From contig DASZHV010000002.1 in assembly GCA_035937535.1 (NCBI GenBank), positions 31,639 to 95,638 on the forward strand: DNA of 64,000 nt. Reading direction: 5' to 3'. Source of the stretch: Puia sp. (GTDB lineage Bacteria > Bacteroidota > Bacteroidia > Chitinophagales > Chitinophagaceae). The first letter of the stretch is position 1. Each line of letters starts with the position of its first letter. This document shows, in pieces, positions 57,972 to 64,000 of the stretch. The position numbers and the translations under genes were made by a program. The notes beneath the pieces are model-generated. The model saw nothing but the letters and a program-made list of their open reading frames with translations, searched no databases and was not told the DNA's origin.

Positions 57972-59468
57972 TCATTTCTTAAAAATCATCGGGATATGAA
58001 TTTCCAATTTGCAGCCAATACCAGGCTTGGTTTCAAAACCTACAGTACCATTGAATGATTCCACCCGGTTGATAATATTGACTATACCAACGCCGCTTTT
58101 CTTCATACCGACCTCGAATCCAATGCCGTTGTCATTGATCAGTACATGAATCTGACCATCAGCGGTAAACATTTTTATTTGAACACGGGAAGCAGAAGCG
58201 TGTTTATAAACATTATTCAGTTGCTCCTGGATTACTCTGTAAATATTGAGTTTTAAGTCATCCAAAAGCTCTGTTTGATCAGGCAAATCATATTCAAAAG
58301 TTATCTTGAATCCTATGCCTTCTTCCATAATTTTGATCAGCGATTGAATCTGTTCCTTCAAATCAAATCCTTTCAGAGGAGTTACGTGCTTTCTGCCGAG
58401 GATGCGTATTTCAAGAATGGTAGCGTCGATTAGCCGTATGGATTTATCAACAAATTCTTTTTTCCCGGCAGGTGTTAATCTCGCAGTACTCAATACCATT
58501 CTTGCACTCGCCAGGAGCTGATTCGCATTGTCATGCAGTTCCCTGCCAATTATATTGCGTTCCCTTTCCTGGGCCTTGATTACCGCACGTGTTATTTTTC
58601 TCTGCTCCTGTATCTGCAGTTCAAGCCTTTCCTTTTCCATCTCTCTTTGAAGTCTGCGGATCTCTGTTACATCCCTCACAATTGCCATAACACTGTCCTC
58701 ACCAAATTTCTTCACATTTGCTTCCGTTTCAACAATGGTCCCATTTTTACGAATCATAATCCTCTCACTCATAAAATGCTTTCCTTTCATCACTAAATCA
58801 TTCCTGATAGGTTTTTCTATAAGTTGTTTCGGACAAACAAGGGAATTGATATTCATTTTGAGCAACTCCTTTTTCGTATATCCGAATAATTTACAGAAAC
58901 TACCATTTACATCAGTAAAATTTCCATCGTAATCGGTCACAAGAATCGGATCCGAAGCCTGCTCAAAAAGTGATCGGTATTTCTTATCATTTTCCCTAAT
59001 CTCATGCAGCGCTTTTTCTCTTGCCGAAAGATCCGTTCCTGCTCCGAGAAGGCAAAGCTTTCCCTCATAAGTAACTGAAATGCCATTGAGATGGAAGAGC
59101 AATCTCGCGCCATTTCTAGCAACTATTTCCATTTCAATTTCATTATACCCTTCCTTAAAAACCTTCCTCGTGGCAGCTATCATTTGCTCATGATCCTGTT
59201 TATCAAAAAAATCCAGGGGATGCATTTTTTCAATCTCTTCCCCACTGTATCCGGAAACTTTTTCGAAATTCTTATTCCATCGAAGATATTTACCCTTTTG
59301 ATCCGTCAGGTAAAAAATTCCAGGCAGACAATTTATAATTAAATCAGAAAGTTCCCTTTCTTTGATAAGCCGGTCCTTTAAGGAAAGTTTACTAATCCCT
59401 TTAAGTACAGGAATTTTATTGAGGGGATTCTCCGGACCGGGGTCGGGTCTTTTATTCATTGCTTGCAT
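57972..59468 (-). CDS. Cytoplasmic PAS-PAS HisKA_3 histidine kinase
   Basis: Two PAS domains; AQERERNIIGRELHDNANQ; QEQLNNVYKHA, NDNGIGF, GVGIVNI. Confidence 0.92.
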   Translation of the reverse strand: MQAMNKRPDPGPENPLNKIPVLKGISKLSLKDRLIKERELSDLIINCLPGIFYLTDQKGKYLRWNKNFEKVSGYSGEEIEKMHPLDFFDKQDHEQMIAATRKVFKEGYNEIEMEIVARNGARLLFHLNGISVTYEGKLCLLGAGTDLSAREKALHEIRENDKKYRSLFEQASDPILVTDYDGNFTDVNGSFCKLFGYTKKELLKMNINSLVCPKQLIEKPIRNDLVMKGKHFMSERIMIRKNGTIVETEANVKKFGEDSVMAIVRDVTEIRRLQREMEKERLELQIQEQRKITRAVIKAQERERNIIGRELHDNANQLLASARMVLSTARLTPAGKKEFVDKSIRLIDATILEIRILGRKHVTPLKGFDLKEQIQSLIKIMEEGIGFKITFEYDLPDQTELLDDLKLNIYRVIQEQLNNVYKHASASRVQIKMFTADGQIHVLINDNGIGFEVGMKKSGVGIVNIINRVESFNGTVGFETKPGIGCKLEIHIPMIFKK

Positions 59469-59852
59469 TTAGATAATAAATTTTCAATCACGCAGTTCGC
59501 TGCTTACATCAATTCGTTAAAATCCCTGATAATCCATTAAAATGTCAGTTTGACGTATAAATGGAATCTTTTTTATTTCGGGGTGCAAAATTAATTTATT
59601 TTCTCATAAAATATATATAAAACTTGATTAATATTAACTTTTATGTGCTTCAAATGTTGGTATTTACGATTCGAGCATTTAACAGGTTGATTTCGAACAC
59701 CGTTCTATTTTAGAAAGCGATCAAATAAATATGGAAAGTGGTAATATCTGCTCCCTGGCGGTAATATTCCCGGAAGGTTCTGAATACCTTCAATGAAAAT
59801 TTTCTTTGTTTTTAAAATATAAATTCTGCTGGTCCGTCTACCTCTTTATATT

Positions 59853-60431
59853 ATGTGGCAGGCAGAAACGATACAATTCCCGATGACCGGCTCAAATTCA
59901 AATTCCATATCGGCCGTTGTGAAGGCCTATAGCAGACGCTTGTTGGGATTTATCCGCAAACGGGTAACAAATGAGGCTGATGCGGAAGACATTCTGCAGG
60001 ATGTCTTTTACCAGCTTTTAGGCAATAAGGAACCCATCGATCAGATCACTGCCTGGCTTTTTACTGTTGCGAGGAATAAAATCATCGACCGCAAACGGAA
60101 AAAAAAGCCATTGGCGCTGGATGGCCTTTTTTCCGAAACGGATGACGGAGAAATGAGTGACTGGATGGATCTTATCATGGATGATTCTTCCAATCCGGAA
60201 ACCATTTATTTGAGAAACCTATTCCAGGAAACACTGAAAGAATCATTGGACGAATTACCTGAAGAACAAAAACAGGCATTTGTTCTGAATGAAATGGAAG
60301 GAATTTCGTTCAAACAAATATCTGAAGAAACGGGTATTCCGGTAAATACTTTGATTTCGAGAAAACGATACGCAGTGCTTCATCTGCGTATGAAACTTAC
60401 AGACCTGCACAAGGCATTAAAAAACTATTAA
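59853..60431 (+). CDS. ECF sigma-70 factor
   Basis: DAEDILQDVF, WLFTVARNKIID, ELPEEQKQAFVLNEMEGISFKQISEETG, TLISRKRYA. Confidence 0.95.
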   Translation: MWQAETIQFPMTGSNSNSISAVVKAYSRRLLGFIRKRVTNEADAEDILQDVFYQLLGNKEPIDQITAWLFTVARNKIIDRKRKKKPLALDGLFSETDDGEMSDWMDLIMDDSSNPETIYLRNLFQETLKESLDELPEEQKQAFVLNEMEGISFKQISEETGIPVNTLISRKRYAVLHLRMKLTDLHKALKNY

Positions 60432-60442
60432 AATAAAACACA

Positions 60443-60805
60443 ATGAGACGCTCCAGATTTCCCCGATTTATTCTTTTTCTATTATTTGTTTTTGCTTTCC
60501 TTGTTCCGCTTAGTTTCATCATTATGGCGCTTTGGAATAATATCCTGGTTGTCGTGGTGCATGTATCAGTAATAAATTTCTGGCAGGCACTGGGACTTTT
60601 TGCCTTATCCAGGATTTTATTTGGCGGATTTCCAGGTAAGCCCGGTTGGGCTGGTCATGGCCACCGCAGGCGAGAAATGGAAGAAATGAGAAATAAATGG
60701 TTTAATTTATCTCCGGAAGAAAGGAAAGATTTTAAACAGAATTGGAAAAGCCGTTGCGGGGGTGAACAAACGGCCGCTTCAACTGAAACTGCCAGCACTG
60801 ATTAA
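60443..60805 (+). CDS. Small membrane protein co-transcribed with the ECF sigma (possible anti-sigma)
   Basis: TM helices, INFWQALGL...SRILFGG, charged C-terminus SPEERKDFK; 11-nt gap after the sigma gene. Confidence 0.82.
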   Translation: MRRSRFPRFILFLLFVFAFLVPLSFIIMALWNNILVVVVHVSVINFWQALGLFALSRILFGGFPGKPGWAGHGHRRREMEEMRNKWFNLSPEERKDFKQNWKSRCGGEQTAASTETASTD

Positions 60806-60864
60806 TTTGGAAACCTGGTATTCCCAATCGATTAAGGAAAAAATGACTTTACTTGACTATCTTG

Positions 60865-60886
60865 AGGGGCCGCAAGGCCCTTTTTT
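60865..60886 (+). terminator. Intrinsic terminator of the sigma operon
   Basis: GGGCC-GCAA-GGCCC-TTTTTT. Confidence 0.8.
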
Positions 60887-60907
60887 ATTTCGATTCACTG
60901 ATTCTAA

Positions 60908-61828
60908 GTGAACAGGTCAACGATGGTGTTTAAAAAACGAATTAATATACTTGCCCTGCTTAGCAAAGCCTTTAAAGGATTCAGAAATAATGATCCATTG
61001 AGAATGGCGGGGGCTACAGCATTTTTCACCACTTTTGCGTTGCCTGCCGTTCTGATAATACTCATACAGATTTTTGGGCTCTTTCTTAGCCCCAGGTTTG
61101 TTACCAGGCAGATATTCCATAATCTCGCAGAAATCGTAGGCAGGAACACAGCAGGAGAATTACATAAAACATTATTTAATGTCCATAACCTGTTCAGAAA
61201 CTGGTATGAGGCTGTGCTGGGTTTTCTTTTTTTGATATTTGTAGCCACCACCCTTCTCAAAGTGATAAAAGATTCCTTAAATCAGATATGGAATATCAGG
61301 AGGATAAGCAATGCAGGCATTAAAATCAGCCTGCTGAACCGGGCGAAAGCAATTTTGGTGATTATGATTGCAGGCATAATGTTTTTGGTTGTTTTACTTG
61401 CAGAAGGAGGTTTGGATTTAATCCAAAAAAATTCGAATGAATTATCTCCTGGTTCACAAGTCCTGGTAAAAACGGTCATCAGACAACTAATTTCACTTAT
61501 TCTGGTTTCCGCATGGTTTTTCTTACTGTTCAAATTGTTGCCGGATGGAAGACCTTCCTTAAAAACAGTTATTGCCGGTGCTTGTTTTACCGGTCTGTTA
61601 TTCACTTTTGGGAAATTATTACTTAAATGGTTATTATCCTATAGCAATATGCAAACGGTCTATGGAGCATCCACCTCGTACATGCTGCTCCTGCTATTTG
61701 TATTCTATTCTTCTTTTATTTTTTATTTCGGTGCCAGCTTCACTAAGGTCTGGGCCGAATTTCATAATCAACCCATTAAGCCGTCAAAAAATGCCGAGTG
61801 CTATGATTGGCATCGGGTTACTATTTAA
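60908..61828 (+). CDS. YihY/BrkB-family membrane protein
   Basis: MAGATAFFTTFALP, IKDSLNQIW, YGASTSYMLLLLFVFYSS; start GTG 60908 or ATG 60923. Confidence 0.92.
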   Translation: MNRSTMVFKKRINILALLSKAFKGFRNNDPLRMAGATAFFTTFALPAVLIILIQIFGLFLSPRFVTRQIFHNLAEIVGRNTAGELHKTLFNVHNLFRNWYEAVLGFLFLIFVATTLLKVIKDSLNQIWNIRRISNAGIKISLLNRAKAILVIMIAGIMFLVVLLAEGGLDLIQKNSNELSPGSQVLVKTVIRQLISLILVSAWFFLLFKLLPDGRPSLKTVIAGACFTGLLFTFGKLLLKWLLSYSNMQTVYGASTSYMLLLLFVFYSSFIFYFGASFTKVWAEFHNQPIKPSKNAECYDWHRVTI

Positions 61829-61839
61829 CTAAGAAACCT

Positions 61840-62268
61840 TTATTTCGGCTTGAATTCCATTTTTACTCCAATGCCCTTGCCCGCTTTCTTTTGCTCCGGG
61901 GTTTGATAAATTGTCTTTGTCATGGTCCCCAGGAATTTCCCGCCATATTTCAGATAACTGATGGAATCTGATTTTTTGATAATGGTCGCTTTATCGATAT
62001 CAGCCTGTGTTGGAATTCTGTCCAGGTATTGTGTTAAATACTTTTTTGCCATATGGTGATCCACATTGGTTTTTTCAATCTGACCCATTGGGATTTCTTT
62101 CTCAGGAAATATTTTTGATACAGAGATCCTTGAGGATGTTTTCCGTTTGGCGGGCACTTTTGGCTCTGCTTCTTTTGCCTGTCCAGGATTTGATTCACCA
62201 GCCTGAACTGCTGCTTTTGATTTTTGTGCCACTGTTAATATGTTTAGGTTCCAGGTAAATATACGCAT
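61840..62268 (-). CDS. Basic hypothetical protein
   Basis: Lys-rich ORF filling the gap between genes; start uncertain. Confidence 0.65.
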   Translation of the reverse strand: MRIFTWNLNILTVAQKSKAAVQAGESNPGQAKEAEPKVPAKRKTSSRISVSKIFPEKEIPMGQIEKTNVDHHMAKKYLTQYLDRIPTQADIDKATIIKKSDSISYLKYGGKFLGTMTKTIYQTPEQKKAGKGIGVKMEFKPK

Positions 62269-62283
62269 AATAAAAAGGACGGG

Positions 62284-62391
62284 TAATTGTTAATGGTTAA
62301 TGGTCAATTGTTAATGGGATTTTGGTAAATTGTTGTTCAAACTATATTCACCATACTTCATTGACAATTAACCATTAACCATTGACTATTT
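62284..62391. repeat. Inverted heptamer arrays (TAATGGT)x5 / (ACCATTA)x5, degenerate
   Basis: 62284-62318 and 62357-62391, between divergent genes. Confidence 0.85.
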
Positions 62392-63252
62392 ATGAAACTG
62401 ATCAGGTGGAAGAAAGGAGGCAAAACCTTCCCTGGAATAATCCTGGATGAGCATTATTATGATGCTTCTGCCTTTGGAGAAGACTACGATGAAGAATTTT
62501 TTGAATCAGGCGGGCTATCACGCTTAAGAGCATTTCTTGATAAAAATAAGGGGGATTTAATAAAACTGGCAGAACCGGTAAACCTTGCCAGTCCTATAGC
62601 CAGGCCATCCAAAATTGTCTGTATTGGCCTGAATTACGCGGATCACGCAAAGGAAACAAATGCCCAGCCACCTGTGGAACCTGTTATCTTTCTGAAATCA
62701 ACCACAGCCCTGAGTGGTCCCTTTGATCCGATCATCATTCCTAAGAATTCAAGGAAAACGGACTGGGAAGTTGAACTGGCCATCGTAATGGCAAGGAAAG
62801 CTTCTTATGTTCAGGAGTCAGAGGCACTGGACTATATCGCGGGTTTTTGTTTGCACAATGATGTAAGCGAAAGAGAATTCCAGATGGAAAGAAGTGGAAC
62901 CTGGGATAAAGGAAAAGGATGCGATAGTTTTGCTCCGCTGGGTCCTTTCCTTGCTACTCCGGACGAAATGCAGGATATTAATCAACTCCGGCTCTGGCTG
63001 AAGTTAAACGGAAAAACAATGCAAAGCGGAACAACTGCCAACCTGATTTTTAAAATCCCCTTCCTGATTTCTTATATCAGCCAGTTTATGACGCTTCTTC
63101 CTGGTGACCTGATTTCAACCGGAACTCCGGCTGGTGTCGGACTTGGAATGAATCCACCTCTTTATCTTACTCCCGGAGACGTTGTTGAATTAGGTATTGA
63201 CGGACTTGGAGTTTCCCGCCAGAAACTGGTCCGTTACGGTGAACTTTACTAA
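62392..63252 (+). CDS. Fumarylacetoacetate hydrolase family protein
   Basis: CIGLNYADH, DWEVE, HNDVSERE, KGKGCD, ISTGTPAGVG. Confidence 0.95.
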   Translation: MKLIRWKKGGKTFPGIILDEHYYDASAFGEDYDEEFFESGGLSRLRAFLDKNKGDLIKLAEPVNLASPIARPSKIVCIGLNYADHAKETNAQPPVEPVIFLKSTTALSGPFDPIIIPKNSRKTDWEVELAIVMARKASYVQESEALDYIAGFCLHNDVSEREFQMERSGTWDKGKGCDSFAPLGPFLATPDEMQDINQLRLWLKLNGKTMQSGTTANLIFKIPFLISYISQFMTLLPGDLISTGTPAGVGLGMNPPLYLTPGDVVELGIDGLGVSRQKLVRYGELY

Positions 63253-63476
63253 CTCTTCAAATGAAACCGGGGAATATTCCTCCTTTTCCGGCCAGTTACA
63301 TGATTTATCATACAACCCACACAATATGGCATTTCTTATATAAGTGATGGTTTAATTTACGATTGTATTCAGGACGCAGGAATTGAATGCCATTACCATT
63401 AAACCTTACTTATGAAATTGCAGGAATGCATGACTGGCTTTTATTATGTTTAACTTAGAAAAAATGTAGCCTGTTA

Positions 63477-64000
63477 ATGATTGCCGACCCCACGAATATT
63501 TGTTTTAAAAAAATTGTCGTAAGAATTTTTATTACCCCTAACCTCCGACCAGTCCGTGCCCTTTTTTTCCTTTTTCTTTTTTTCGGAACAACACGACCCG
63601 TTTTTGCTCAGGCATACAATGTTGACAGCCTTGTCAAATGGGTTGAAATGCATCCGAAAAACGATTCGACAAGAATACATATGATGCACCGGATCAGCTA
63701 TTTACTTAGCGAAACGGACGTCAATAAATCTTTTGCCTATTATGAACGGGTTTCGAAACTGAGCGACTCCCTAAATTTCACCTTTGGCAGGGCACTTGCC
63801 AGTATTAACCTTGGAATCCTTCTTTCTTCCGCTGGAAATTTTGAATCGAGCACCAAAGCCTTCTTTAAAGCTGTAGACCTTGCAAAATCTTGCGGAGCAC
63901 GCCGGGTGGAAGCCGTCGCATTGAATAATATAGGAGAAAATTTTGCTTCGCTGAAAGACTATGACAAATGCCGTCAATATGCCCTTCAGGCCATAGAAAT
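63477..64000 (+). CDS. N-terminus of a secreted/periplasmic TPR protein, probably a TPR sensor kinase (runs off the window)
   Basis: Open frame to the end of the window: signal VFA-QAYNVDSL, NDSTRI, TPR-like ALASINLGIL and AVALNNIGENFASLKDYDK. Not in the ORF track. Confidence 0.82.
   Translation, partial: MIADPTNICFKKIVVRIFITPNLRPVRALFFLFLFFGTTRPVFAQAYNVDSLVKWVEMHPKNDSTRIHMMHRISYLLSETDVNKSFAYYERVSKLSDSLNFTFGRALASINLGILLSSAGNFESSTKAFFKAVDLAKSCGARRVEAVALNNIGENFASLKDYDKCRQYALQAIE

Noticed and set aside
59731-59796. 21-aa uORF upstream of the ECF sigma
   Set aside because: Length expected by chance; no attenuator structure seen.
60806-60864. Riboswitch or sRNA between the membrane ORF and its terminator
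   Set aside because: No aptamer consensus that I recognise; it reads as a plain 3' UTR. An Rfam scan would settle it.
63261-63347. 28-aa ORF after FAH
   Set aside because: Overlaps a hairpin-like CCGG...CCGG region; no supporting signals.
96-63977. Numerous 60-155 aa ORFs antisense to or nested in long genes (e.g. 8596-9063, 27910-28504, 34155-34568)
   Set aside because: Shadow frames of well-supported genes with no recognisable motifs.

Overview
Core-chromosome window of a Bacteroidota bacterium, most likely Chitinophagaceae. This is inferred from TAnnTTTG promoter boxes, absence of Shine-Dalgarno motifs, a T9SS C-terminal sorting domain and the protein families present. It holds about 60 protein genes: housekeeping (rplU, rpmA, dxr, rseP, iscS, mazG, polX), a TetR-TolC-EmrAB-type efflux operon, carbohydrate-active and redox enzymes (GH27, GH79, PIG-L deacetylase, two Gfo/Idh/MocA, GMC plus subunit 3), two ECF sigma factors and two orphan histidine kinases. 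It also contains the tmRNA gene ssrA (19865-20232, minus strand). I found no integrase, transposase, prophage, CRISPR array or recognisable defence system. The most interesting signals lie outside the ORF track. (1) An unannotated 32-aa Lys/Ala/Pro histone-H1-like gene has its own promoter and terminator between rpmA and polX. (2) At least seven loci carry 7-8 bp tandem arrays whose orientation follows gene direction: purine-rich strand after stop codons, pyrimidine-rich strand before start codons. (3) A nested inverted-repeat element sits at 17900-18163. (4) A PmrA-box-like triple direct repeat lies upstream of a PAP2 + ArnT-like operon. (5) The PolX lacks its polymerase aspartates. All product calls come from motif recognition by eye, not database searches.
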